From an uncultured Methanosarcinales archaeon (GTDB taxonomy: Archaea > Nanobdellota > Nanobdellia > Woesearchaeales > CAZYIM01), in assembly GCA_964647565.1 (NCBI GenBank), contig CAZYIM010000017.1, positions 1-54,738 on the forward strand: a stretch of 54,738 bases of DNA, written 5' to 3'. The notes below the pieces were generated by a model. It worked only from the letters and a program-made list of their open reading frames with translations. It was not told where the DNA came from and ran no database searches. The position numbers were made by a program, and so were the translations under genes. Position 1 is the stretch's first letter. The number at the start of each line of letters is the position of its first letter. Below, one piece after another: positions 20,139-29,609 of the stretch.

Positions 20139-21882
20139 TTTCAAAATCTTTTCTTTTATACAAATAAAGGGACTTTTCTGTTGGAAGTTGAAACTTTTCT
20201 ATTAATATAAACTTATCTTTATTGTTTATGATAGCAGTTTCCATGTAATGATAAGCTCGGTATTCAGCTGTGGATGCAAAATTACGTTCACCACTAAAAT
20301 TATCTGCCACTATAAATTGTGATTTTATTATAGTATCTTCATAAAATGAGTAGTTTAGATTACATTGACCAAGTCCACATAATCCATAAGGTTCATGACA
20401 CCAAAAAGTAATATTTTTATGCTTTAGCTCTTTTTTGTAAGAGAGCATATTCAATTCAAAATCCTTTGATGAAAATTGGTTGTGTTCCAGAAACAATGCA
20501 AGTTGAACTTGTTGATCTGAATAATTAGTGAGCGCGAAGTATATAGATTCTGTAATCGCCTTATCTTTCCAATCTACCCTATTACTTTGAATCATGCCAT
20601 ATAAATGTCTATTGTTATAAGTGAGTATTTCATCATCTATAAATAGTCCTGCATTTCCATATGAAATAATAAAGAATTGGGTGAATGCCAGAGCGATAAT
20701 AATTGCAACTATAATTTTCTTTATATTAATGGTTAATCCTGATTTTTTATCTGTTTTACGATTTGTTTTTCTTGGAATTTGCATTCTTACGGGTTTTAAA
20801 CTTGATATCATTAAGGCGATTATTATTCCACAAGCGGGAAGATATGGGATTGTAAATCTGCACTCTTTAGCATTAGAGAAGACATATACTAGTGTAAGGA
20901 TGAGATACGGGATTATAATCCAGAAAAACAGAATGAGATGTTTTTTTTTGGATATGAAGAGAAGATATGTTGCGCTGATAAAAAATAAGATAAAATATAC
21001 ATACCCGATCTGATGAATCCACAACTCGTTTAGATAGAATGCGGGTAATTCTAGGTTATTTTTTGATTGATCTGAAACTGCATCATAACCCAATTCTTGG
21101 TTGATATTATTAATTTGACCTTCAGAATATTGTTCAGAATAATACTTAGAATTTCTTTCAAGTATATTTATATTAAATGGATACCAGATAGATGCTAAAA
21201 GTATTAAAACCAATCCCGCAACTAAGATGTTCAAAAGTCTTTTTTGAATATTTTTTTTTTCAAGTTTTCTCTTTTTTATTATTAACTTGGAAAAGAAGAA
21301 TGATTTGATTATGTAGTATAGAGCTGGACCTATGATATAAATGCTAAAATTCCATTTTAACAGCATTCCTAGACCACAAGCAGCTCCGAATAAGATAGAG
21401 TATTTTCTGTTGGTTAATTCCTTGGTTTTAATTAAAAAATAGACTGCCAATGCAACTAATGGAACAAGACAAAAATCAATTGAATAAACTCTTGAATATG
21501 CAAAAATAGAACAAAATGTTGAGACTATCAAGGCAGAAAGCAGCCCAGTCTCTCTGTTGCCAAGTTCCTTGCCAATACCATATACTGCAAAAATAAGAAT
21601 AATGAAATAGATTATGTTGGTCCTGGCTGCAATGTCTTGGCTTATTCCAAAAAACAAATACATTGGTAAGGTGGACCAATAATATAATGGGGGATAACCA
21701 TATCCTTCCATAATTGCTATTCTTAATGGTGAATCCCTAATTTTTATGCTCTGAAGATAATGAAGTGCATTCCTAGCGCTATACGTAGTTGTGTCATTAT
21801 TCAGGATTAGATAATTGTTAACAGCATGAAATATAATTAGCAATGCTAGTAAACCAATGCATATCCTTTTATTAAGTTTCAT
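20131..21882 (-). CDS. GT39/ArnT-like membrane glycosyltransferase
   Basis: YPPLYY, GLLSALIV, YSR, GLGMLLKW; many TM helices; ATG at 21882 (track start 21888 is TTG). Confidence 0.87.
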   Translation of the reverse strand: MKLNKRICIGLLALLIIFHAVNNYLILNNDTTTYSARNALHYLQSIKIRDSPLRIAIMEGYGYPPLYYWSTLPMYLFFGISQDIAARTNIIYFIILIFAVYGIGKELGNRETGLLSALIVSTFCSIFAYSRVYSIDFCLVPLVALAVYFLIKTKELTNRKYSILFGAACGLGMLLKWNFSIYIIGPALYYIIKSFFFSKLIIKKRKLEKKNIQKRLLNILVAGLVLILLASIWYPFNINILERNSKYYSEQYSEGQINNINQELGYDAVSDQSKNNLELPAFYLNELWIHQIGYVYFILFFISATYLLFISKKKHLILFFWIIIPYLILTLVYVFSNAKECRFTIPYLPACGIIIALMISSLKPVRMQIPRKTNRKTDKKSGLTINIKKIIVAIIIALAFTQFFIISYGNAGLFIDDEILTYNNRHLYGMIQSNRVDWKDKAITESIYFALTNYSDQQVQLALFLEHNQFSSKDFELNMLSYKKELKHKNITFWCHEPYGLCGLGQCNLNYSFYEDTIIKSQFIVADNFSGERNFASTAEYRAYHYMETAIINNKDKFILIEKFQLPTEKSLYLYKRKDFEND

Positions 21883-21926
21883 TCTCAAGAAGTTTTTTTT
21901 TAATCAGGTTCTCTTTTCTTTTCATT

Positions 21927-23567
21927 TTAATCTAGCTGTCTGAAATAATCCACAACCTCTTTTTTATTCTTGAAAATTGAGTAGAGAAGATAGAGCAGAT
22001 GCAATGTTTCTCCCTGGCTATCATATCCTCGTTGGTTGTTCCAAACCCTGTCTGAATTCTCATCAGAAATTGCCTGACAATGGCTTTTGTAAGATTGCTC
22101 GATCTGTTTTACTTTTTCAGGCCAGCGAAGACCGTTTATCTCGTCAAACCGCCTGTTAAATTGCTGAATTCCTTTAAGGTTCTTTATATTCTCCCGAATA
22201 TTTTCAATCCCGAATTTTGTTGGATTCAAGCTGATTTTGCTGTTCATCAGCATATACTTTGCAAGATAAAAATAGTTGATATAAGGTTTGTTCCTTTTGA
22301 TGAAGTCAATTGTGATCTGAACATCTTCCTGTCTTTCTCTGGGCATTCCTGCAATCAACTCAAGTTCATTCCAAATGCCTTCTTTATTTGATGCCTGGAG
22401 CATTTTTTCAGCATGAGTTTGGGTGAGTCCCTTTTCAATATATTTAAGCATTTTTGGACTTGCAGACTCCATACCATAGACTAATCTAAAAGCTCCTGCT
22501 CGCCGAAGCTTGCTTAACAGTTTTTGGTCAAGATGTTTCAGATTAGCACAGTCAGACCACATTATGTTGGCATCGATTCTTATCAGTTCATCAGCTAGCA
22601 TCTCAGCATATCTATATGAGGGATTCACATTAGTATTCAGAAAAAGGAAAAATTCGGTCTTATACTTAATTGATAATGCTTTTAACTCGTTTGCAACAGT
22701 TTTAGGATTCCTGAGGATAAGCCCTGGTTTTTCAGTATTCGGGCAAAAGGCACAACCTTCAAGACACCCAATGACAAATGAAAATGGCAATAGTAAAACC
22801 TTTTTTTTGGATTTTATCCCTTTGCTTCTATAATCTGTAAAAGATGGCGAATATAGATCTAGAGGAAGACCTTCAAAAGCAGGTGGTGGAATCATGTCAT
22901 CCCCTTTTATTGAATCAAATAACTTCCATTTCTGCCTATTCTTAGCTTGTTTCAGATATCTATGTAGTGCATTTTGATTGTATGAGATTTTCTGTAATTT
23001 ACTAAGGTCGCCACCCTTTTCAATAATTTTTACAAGGTTAAGTGCAGTAATATGATTATGAAGTACTACAAAATCAATATAGTCTAAGTCTGTCAATGTT
23101 TCTTCATAGATCTTTCTTTGATGACGTACGCCGCCTATGATGATGCGGGCACCAGTGTTTTCTTTGATTATCTTTGATAGTACTATGGTTGAGCCGATAG
23201 TTGAGAAGTTATGGTCGTCACAGATAGAAAATCCTATGATGTCCTTATTTCCAATTTTTGTCTTTTTTAAAATTTGATGTGCTTCCTCTTCAAGTTGACT
23301 ATCGTCACCTTTCTTGATGAACTGAGCGATTCTTTCTCGGTCATCAAATAAAGACATATTGATTTTTTGGCTATCTGATTTTGACTTCTGATTGTTCTGA
23401 AACACCTTAATATCCAAGTCATCTTGTTCAACTGAATATTGGTGCTTCTTTAAGAATGATGTCAAGGTACAAAGACCGATAGGGGGGATAAAAGGTGGCT
23501 CTCTCTGATAGCCAAATTTGCCCTCTTCCAGATAAAATCTTGGTGAATAAAATAATTTAATTTTCAT
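21927..23567 (-). CDS. Cobalamin-binding-type radical SAM protein (VEQDDLDIKV subfamily)
   Basis: PPIGLCTL, IIIGG, GCLEGCAFC, YGMESAS, IAGMP. Confidence 0.9.
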   Translation of the reverse strand: MKIKLFYSPRFYLEEGKFGYQREPPFIPPIGLCTLTSFLKKHQYSVEQDDLDIKVFQNNQKSKSDSQKINMSLFDDRERIAQFIKKGDDSQLEEEAHQILKKTKIGNKDIIGFSICDDHNFSTIGSTIVLSKIIKENTGARIIIGGVRHQRKIYEETLTDLDYIDFVVLHNHITALNLVKIIEKGGDLSKLQKISYNQNALHRYLKQAKNRQKWKLFDSIKGDDMIPPPAFEGLPLDLYSPSFTDYRSKGIKSKKKVLLLPFSFVIGCLEGCAFCPNTEKPGLILRNPKTVANELKALSIKYKTEFFLFLNTNVNPSYRYAEMLADELIRIDANIMWSDCANLKHLDQKLLSKLRRAGAFRLVYGMESASPKMLKYIEKGLTQTHAEKMLQASNKEGIWNELELIAGMPRERQEDVQITIDFIKRNKPYINYFYLAKYMLMNSKISLNPTKFGIENIRENIKNLKGIQQFNRRFDEINGLRWPEKVKQIEQSYKSHCQAISDENSDRVWNNQRGYDSQGETLHLLYLLYSIFKNKKEVVDYFRQLD

Positions 23568-24675
23568 TTTTTCGGTGTCTATTAATCAAAGCTTCCCTTA
23601 ATGGTTTATGCTCTGTTGCCTGCATAGCACAACACTTTTCAAAACAATCTGGATGGATCTTTTTGCAAAGAAGCTGATCCCTGATACTGTTAAAATAGCT
23701 ACCAAACCAGATTTCTTTCAAGCTTTTATTTTTTAGATTCTCCTTGCCTGTATGTATAGAATGACAAGGATTCACACGACCATCTTCCATTATCGATATG
23801 AAGTACCATGGTAAATAGCAGGGGACAGAGAAGAAGGGATTTAGGGGATTTTTTCTTTTGGATTTTTCCCCGACCTTTTTGGTCTCCTTCCTTACCTCTT
23901 TTTTCTTTTTCCATCCTTTCTCCCAGCCTTGTTCATAATAAGTATCTAGGTTATGATGGATTTCATATTTATCACATAACTTGATTGCGTCGGGGATATG
24001 TTTGTGCATTAATTCAGATTGTTTTGGGCTTATCTCGAGATCATTTGCCTTTGAGGTCCATAGGTTCAAAGGATGAAATATTATATTTGATATTTTTTGA
24101 TCCTTAGCTAGAATAACCATCTCTTTTAGCTTATAATAGTTTAGGTTTGACAAAACTGTGTTAAATAAGAGTTCAGGTTTTGATTTTCCCTGTTTATCCT
24201 TTTCTTCATTGATAATTTTTATGCTCTCTATTATCCTGTTAAAAACTCCTTTTCCCCTAACATAGTCCTGACCTTCTGCGTCAGGCGCATCCATGCTGAT
24301 ATATATCTGATCCCAGCCGATATCTACAATCTCTTTGACATTTTTCTTGTTGAAAAGAGTCCCATTGGTAACAGTTTTACCGCGCATACCCTGCTTTTTT
24401 ATCTCTTTCATCATGTGCAGGGCAAACTTAGATGTCATAGGCTCGCCTTCTGCAAACAAGAAGCATTCTCGGACGCCAAGATTTGCACATTCTTTTATAG
24501 CCTTGAGCCATGAGTCCAGGTCAAGAAGTTCTCCATAAATAATGCCTTCATCATGTCCCGGGCAATGGAAGCACTTAAGATTACAGATGCGCGTTATTCT
24601 AAGCTCCGCCTCATATGGTCCGATTGTTTTTCCATTAACCCAGCCTATTAAATGGTCTATTATTTTTTCATCCAT
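23557..24675 (-). CDS. Radical SAM protein with Twitch/SPASM-like domain
   Basis: CNLKCFHC, EGEP, TNG; CYLPW-x-NPC...CFEKCC. Confidence 0.93.
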   Translation of the reverse strand: MDEKIIDHLIGWVNGKTIGPYEAELRITRICNLKCFHCPGHDEGIIYGELLDLDSWLKAIKECANLGVRECFLFAEGEPMTSKFALHMMKEIKKQGMRGKTVTNGTLFNKKNVKEIVDIGWDQIYISMDAPDAEGQDYVRGKGVFNRIIESIKIINEEKDKQGKSKPELLFNTVLSNLNYYKLKEMVILAKDQKISNIIFHPLNLWTSKANDLEISPKQSELMHKHIPDAIKLCDKYEIHHNLDTYYEQGWEKGWKKKKEVRKETKKVGEKSKRKNPLNPFFSVPCYLPWYFISIMEDGRVNPCHSIHTGKENLKNKSLKEIWFGSYFNSIRDQLLCKKIHPDCFEKCCAMQATEHKPLREALINRHRKNEN

Positions 24676-25789
24676 CTTGTTTCTCTAACCAAAATTTCCT
24701 TATTAGCTCCCTGTACATGTCATTGTTGATATTATCTCTGCAATAATGACACATGTCTGAAAGGATCCTTTGCTTAAGATTTTCACGAAGATCAACTAAT
24801 TTTGGGTCAAACCAAACATCTTTGAGTGATTTGCCTTTTATGTTGATATCTTTATAACCTTCACTATATGGGCAGCAGGGGCCTACCTTGCCATTGGCAT
24901 TGATAACAAAGGTGAAAAATGGCTCATAGCAGTAGAAGTTTAAGAACTCTTCTTGTGATTTAGTCAAGTTAACTGTTGCCTTTTCATTCTTGAATGTTGT
25001 GTTGGTCTGGCACTTGAGAGGGATATCAAATTGAATAGGGAATGAGAAATCTAATTGTTCTGCTACAGTGATGGCCTTTTTCATGTTTGCAAGGAATTTT
25101 TTTTCGTTTTCAGGTGGTATTACTAACTTGTTCCCCTCTATGCTTTTTATTGCACCCTCATCAATACGTAGCTTAGATAAGGATAAGTGGGCACAGTTCA
25201 ATGAATGACAGAATCGTACAAATTGATCTAGATTATTATAGGTGTAGTTGGTTATTACAGACTGGATGCGGATGGCTGGTTTGTCAGTCTTCCTCTCTTT
25301 TTTCAGTTTGTTAAAGTACTTTATGTTCTCTACAACTTGATTAAAAGCTCCTGGGCTGCCCCTCAATAAATCATTGATCTCGGGCTCAAAATAATCCAGG
25401 CTGATATATATCTCATCCCAGCCCATATTAACTACTTCTTCAATATCCTTTTTGTTGAATAGAGCTGCATTGGTGGTCAGCATTCCATGGACCTGATGCT
25501 TGGCCTGTTTTATTTTTCTCATAATTCCGAGGGTAACATCCTTTCTTACCAATGGTTCTCCACCACCTGTTATCATCCACGATTTGACATTCAGGTCTTT
25601 AGCTTCGTCCACTATATCAAACCATTTTTCCTTTGATAGTTCTTTTCCTTCTCTTTTTGGACAACAAAATAGACATCTTTGGTTACATCTAAAGGTTGGA
25701 TGGATTAGGATACGATAAGGGTAGACCTCATCTGTTTTTCTCCATTCAAGCAGCCTTTGAGATATCTCTTTTTTAATTTCATCATCCAT
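24668..25789 (-). CDS. Radical SAM protein with Twitch/SPASM-like domain
   Basis: CNQRCLFC, GGGEP; CYEPF-x-GPCC...CHYC; ATG at 25789 directly follows the upstream stop (track start 25819). Confidence 0.92.
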   Translation of the reverse strand: MDDEIKKEISQRLLEWRKTDEVYPYRILIHPTFRCNQRCLFCCPKREGKELSKEKWFDIVDEAKDLNVKSWMITGGGEPLVRKDVTLGIMRKIKQAKHQVHGMLTTNAALFNKKDIEEVVNMGWDEIYISLDYFEPEINDLLRGSPGAFNQVVENIKYFNKLKKERKTDKPAIRIQSVITNYTYNNLDQFVRFCHSLNCAHLSLSKLRIDEGAIKSIEGNKLVIPPENEKKFLANMKKAITVAEQLDFSFPIQFDIPLKCQTNTTFKNEKATVNLTKSQEEFLNFYCYEPFFTFVINANGKVGPCCPYSEGYKDINIKGKSLKDVWFDPKLVDLRENLKQRILSDMCHYCRDNINNDMYRELIRKFWLEKQDG

Positions 25790-25790
25790 T

Positions 25791-27377
25791 TTATGTTCTT
25801 CTACGCCTATATTCTTCAAACTCTAAGTTCTTTTTATTGAGGGCATCATTTAAGCGTTTGATCTTTTCTTCATCATCGCTCATCTGGTTCTGGCATTTCT
25901 TAATTTTTGTGCTTAAATACTGCAATGCTTCTTCCATAACCTTGAATGATTTGTCATAATTTTTTTTATAGATGTGGTAATATCTCAAAGCATGGAAAAA
26001 ATAGAAATGAGCATCATCAAATCCGAGTTTTATACCAAACTCATTAGCTGTCTTGATGACCTCATATATTAAGCCAAGGCGCCATTCAAAATCATTCTTT
26101 CCATCTTTTGTATGCCAATACCATTCCTCTTCCTCTTTTACCAGTCCAAATTTCTCGTAATTGTTCGCAATAGGACTTCCCGTCCTGAGATCCAGCGAGT
26201 ACAATGCAGCAATTGTGTCTATAAACTCATGATTCTGCCTAATAAGAGAGATGGTTTCGGCAAATGTCTCATTTGTTTCACCTGGAAAGCCCACGATAAG
26301 AGCAATCTCAGCTAATATACCTGCTTTAGTGCAGAACTTTAAGTTTTGCTCGATAGATTTGACTGTAATACCTTTCCTCATCTTATCAAGAATTATCTGG
26401 GAACCCGACTCAACACCAAACATTATCTGATGACAACCTACAGCTTTAAGCTTCTTGTATATGCTCGGGGTCATTTCCTTCCTACATTTCATCTGGCCTC
26501 CTATATTGATATGCTTATGCCAGGGCTGTTTCATTAAGATATCGCATAGTTCATTTAAAACCTTAACATCTCCATTCATCACTAGATCATTGAAATAGAA
26601 CTCTCTATACCCTTGTTTATACCTTAATTCCATCTCCATAAAAATATTTTTTGCACTTCTGCTCCTGTAATGAGGCACATTCTGAGGATCCTGACAGAAA
26701 AGACATCTCGATATGCAACCTCTGCTGCCAAGGATAGCAATGTAATCTCTTTGGGTATAATCGCCGAGGGGGAGATCGCCATAATCTGGAAAAGGAATTT
26801 TATCAAGGTCTTTTATAGGCTCTCTGTCTCCACAATCCTTTAGAGATTCATCCCTCCTGATTATTGTTCCTTTACAAAAATCAATTTTTTTTTCTGTTTC
26901 CAGTTTTTTGAGGATTTCATTAATAGATTCCTCACCTTCACCAATTACGTAAATGTCGACAGATTTTTCGTTTAGGAATTCTCTTGTTAAGAAACCTCTG
27001 TGACACTGGGAGCCCCCGAAAATCACAATCTTAGTCGGATCTCTCCTTTTAATTTCCTTTGCGAGTTCAATGCAAATAGTGACTGAATCATATATGACTG
27101 ATATACCAATTACATTTGCACCAGTTTTAAAAAGTTTATCAGCCCAGCGATTTAATTCTTTTCTTATAAAGGAAGATTTATCCTTTATCCATCTGCCATC
27201 AAGATCGCGAGACCAAAGATATTTTTCATCAGGATTAGATCGAGTAAAAGCTTCGATATTAAAATCAAAGGGCGTGACTTTATGTCCCTTATCCCTTAGA
27301 TATGCTGTTAAATAGCCTAATTGTATTGGCGGAGTTCTTTGAGTCCATGGCGGACAGATTGCTAATGCTATTTTCAT
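25791..27377 (-). CDS. Cobalamin-binding radical SAM protein with C-terminal coiled-coil extension
   Basis: PPIQLGYL, FGG, GEGE, SRGCISRCLFC, FGVESGS, IVGFPGET; ATG at 27377 (track start 27395). Confidence 0.92.
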   Translation of the reverse strand: MKIALAICPPWTQRTPPIQLGYLTAYLRDKGHKVTPFDFNIEAFTRSNPDEKYLWSRDLDGRWIKDKSSFIRKELNRWADKLFKTGANVIGISVIYDSVTICIELAKEIKRRDPTKIVIFGGSQCHRGFLTREFLNEKSVDIYVIGEGEESINEILKKLETEKKIDFCKGTIIRRDESLKDCGDREPIKDLDKIPFPDYGDLPLGDYTQRDYIAILGSRGCISRCLFCQDPQNVPHYRSRSAKNIFMEMELRYKQGYREFYFNDLVMNGDVKVLNELCDILMKQPWHKHINIGGQMKCRKEMTPSIYKKLKAVGCHQIMFGVESGSQIILDKMRKGITVKSIEQNLKFCTKAGILAEIALIVGFPGETNETFAETISLIRQNHEFIDTIAALYSLDLRTGSPIANNYEKFGLVKEEEEWYWHTKDGKNDFEWRLGLIYEVIKTANEFGIKLGFDDAHFYFFHALRYYHIYKKNYDKSFKVMEEALQYLSTKIKKCQNQMSDDEEKIKRLNDALNKKNLEFEEYRRRRT

Positions 27378-27674
27378 GATTAACCACTCAAACACACTTG
27401 ATAAAATATCTCCTTAATTCAAACCTATAAAGAGACACCCCCTTACGAATTAATATCTGTCAATGACTTAAGTATTTTTTGGTTTATTTAAAGCTAAATA
27501 AGGATGTTTTTTTGAATATTTCTATTCTGGAACCCTTGATAAATATATAACTACCTTTTATTTACAAAAAATTTATATATGTTGTGTACTGATTTATATT
27601 CGGTTAGATATTGAATTTAAAAAAAGAGTGTTTAATTTAATCTGATTCAACTATTCATATAAATGGTGTTAGTA

Positions 27675-28439
27675 ATGGAATCTAAACCGAAAGTTGACAA
27701 AAAGAACCATACAACCAAGAAAAGCCGGTCTAAACCTATTGTCTTATTTGCAGTGAGTGTTGTTATACTGGTATTAATATTCTTTGTAATATTCTATAAC
27801 AGAGGCGATTCTGAATCAAAAGGCCCATCCTTGCGAGGAGAACCTGGTGGTGAGGTGGCTCCGCCGAATACCAATTATCCGAAAATAGGAACTGTGAAAA
27901 AGATAACTAATTGTGCAAATTTGAATATAGAATCTTCTGATGTTGAGAAAATTGCTGATTTTGAGAATGCTGAAGTCGAAGAATATCCCCTCGAAATTGA
28001 ACTATCTGATGCCAAATTATCAATTAAAAATGAAGATTCCATATGTAAAAAATATTTAGAACTTGATTATCAACATAATGGTGATCCTAGTAGATTCCAT
28101 GCTGCTAGAATCCATATTATGGGTGAAGATAATGTGGGTCTGCTGAAACATTATAAATATCTGAACTTTATTGCAAGATTTAACAAGGCAACTAATAGTT
28201 TCGGCTTTTTCGTAATTGACAAAGATGAAGACTTCTGGTGGTTCAATAATGTAGATTTCTTAGAAGAAGATACCTGGTATTGGTTTAAGATTCCAATTAA
28301 GGATCTTTATATTGATGAAAAATATCCTATGCAAGGAGATAACAAACAGGATTTTGATGATGGATTGACAATTACTTTTGAGGGGAGTTTGGACAGCAAT
28401 ATTGTGTATTTTGATAGCTTTTTCCTTTCAAACTCTTAA
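27675..28439 (+). CDS. Membrane-anchored protein with putative carbohydrate-binding (CBM11/CIA30-like beta-sandwich) domain
   Basis: Basic N-terminus, single TM, Pro-rich linker, IADFEN...LELDY...WYWFKIPIKDL...VYFDSF pattern; GGTG favours ATG 27675 (track start 27663). Confidence 0.6.
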   Translation: MESKPKVDKKNHTTKKSRSKPIVLFAVSVVILVLIFFVIFYNRGDSESKGPSLRGEPGGEVAPPNTNYPKIGTVKKITNCANLNIESSDVEKIADFENAEVEEYPLEIELSDAKLSIKNEDSICKKYLELDYQHNGDPSRFHAARIHIMGEDNVGLLKHYKYLNFIARFNKATNSFGFFVIDKDEDFWWFNNVDFLEEDTWYWFKIPIKDLYIDEKYPMQGDNKQDFDDGLTITFEGSLDSNIVYFDSFFLSNS

Positions 28440-28490
28440 AATCATTATTTTTTTTAATCATTTTTTCTTTATTTATTGAATTCTCAGAGC

Positions 28491-28502
28491 AAAATTTATA
28501 AA
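28491..28502 (+). promoter_or_regulatory. TATA box for the 28533..34525 operon
   Basis: AAAATTTATAAA after a T-rich terminator-like tract; GAGGGG RBS at 28524-28529. Confidence 0.45.
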
Positions 28503-28532
28503 ATAGTGTTTATTCTGAAATTCGAGGGGATT

Positions 28533-29609
28533 ATGACTAATAATAAGTCTCATAAATCAGGATTCAATACGATAAGACCTACTCTGCGACAGATACAATT
28601 CCATCTGACAAACAGGTGTAATTTGGATTGTTTGTTTTGTTGGGTTCATCAAGAAGAGAGGCAAGTGAGTGAGTTGTCTGATCAAAAATGGATTAAACTT
28701 GCTAAGGAAGCTGTCACTCTTAAACCTGATAATTTTGTGATTTCTGGCGGTGGCGAACCCATGCTTAGATCAAAATTAGTATTAGATCTGATGAATGTCG
28801 CTAAACAAGCAAAGATCTCAGGAGATTTGATAACCAACGGATGTTTTGTCAATGATGACTTTGCAAATAGGATTGTGGCACTCGGTTGGGAAAGTATTCA
28901 TGTTACTTTACACGGATCTAATGAAAAAATAGATTCTATTGTACGAAACAGGAAAAACTCTTTGAATCCAACTCTGGAAGGTATAAGAAAAATTGTTCAT
29001 TGTAAAAACCTCCAAAAAAAGAAGTTTCCCACAATAATGATAACTATGGTCATAACTAAATACAACTATGGCGATATCTCGAAAATGGTTAAGTTAGCTT
29101 CTGACTTAGACATTCAAGGTGTAACTATTAGGCTCGTCAATGAAAATTGCCCTGAGTTTACAGGAGACTTGTCTGTTAAAAATAAACATTTTCAGGCTTT
29201 CTATGATCAAATAAGACAAGCTCAAGAATATGCTTTAAAGAATGAAATCGAATTGATAACTGATTTTGATATTAACGAGATTAGAGATTGTATTGAAAAT
29301 AAAAAAATAAATGCATCCTTCGAGTCTAACCTGCCGCTGAAAAAATATTGTCCTTTGCCTTTCTCTGAACTGGTTGTTTTCAGCAATGGTCTGATTAGTC
29401 CTTGCTGTAACTTTTTTGGATTTGTCTTTGATCCTCCTGAGCCAAATTTCCCTGGTGTTGATGATGTTTCAAAAAAATCTTTAAAAGATGTATGGACCGG
29501 GAAGAACTTCACTAAATTTAGAAATATGATTAATAAAGGTGATTTTCCAGAGACCTGTAATGGATGCCCTGCTGATCTTAGACATACTATACAAAGATAT
29601 GAAAAATGA
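28533..29609 (+). CDS. Radical SAM protein with Twitch/SPASM-like domain
   Basis: CNLDCLFC, GGGEP, TNG; CPLPF-x-SPCC...CNGC; ATG 28533 with RBS (track start 28476 is TTG). Confidence 0.92.
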   Translation: MTNNKSHKSGFNTIRPTLRQIQFHLTNRCNLDCLFCWVHQEERQVSELSDQKWIKLAKEAVTLKPDNFVISGGGEPMLRSKLVLDLMNVAKQAKISGDLITNGCFVNDDFANRIVALGWESIHVTLHGSNEKIDSIVRNRKNSLNPTLEGIRKIVHCKNLQKKKFPTIMITMVITKYNYGDISKMVKLASDLDIQGVTIRLVNENCPEFTGDLSVKNKHFQAFYDQIRQAQEYALKNEIELITDFDINEIRDCIENKKINASFESNLPLKKYCPLPFSELVVFSNGLISPCCNFFGFVFDPPEPNFPGVDDVSKKSLKDVWTGKNFTKFRNMINKGDFPETCNGCPADLRHTIQRYEK

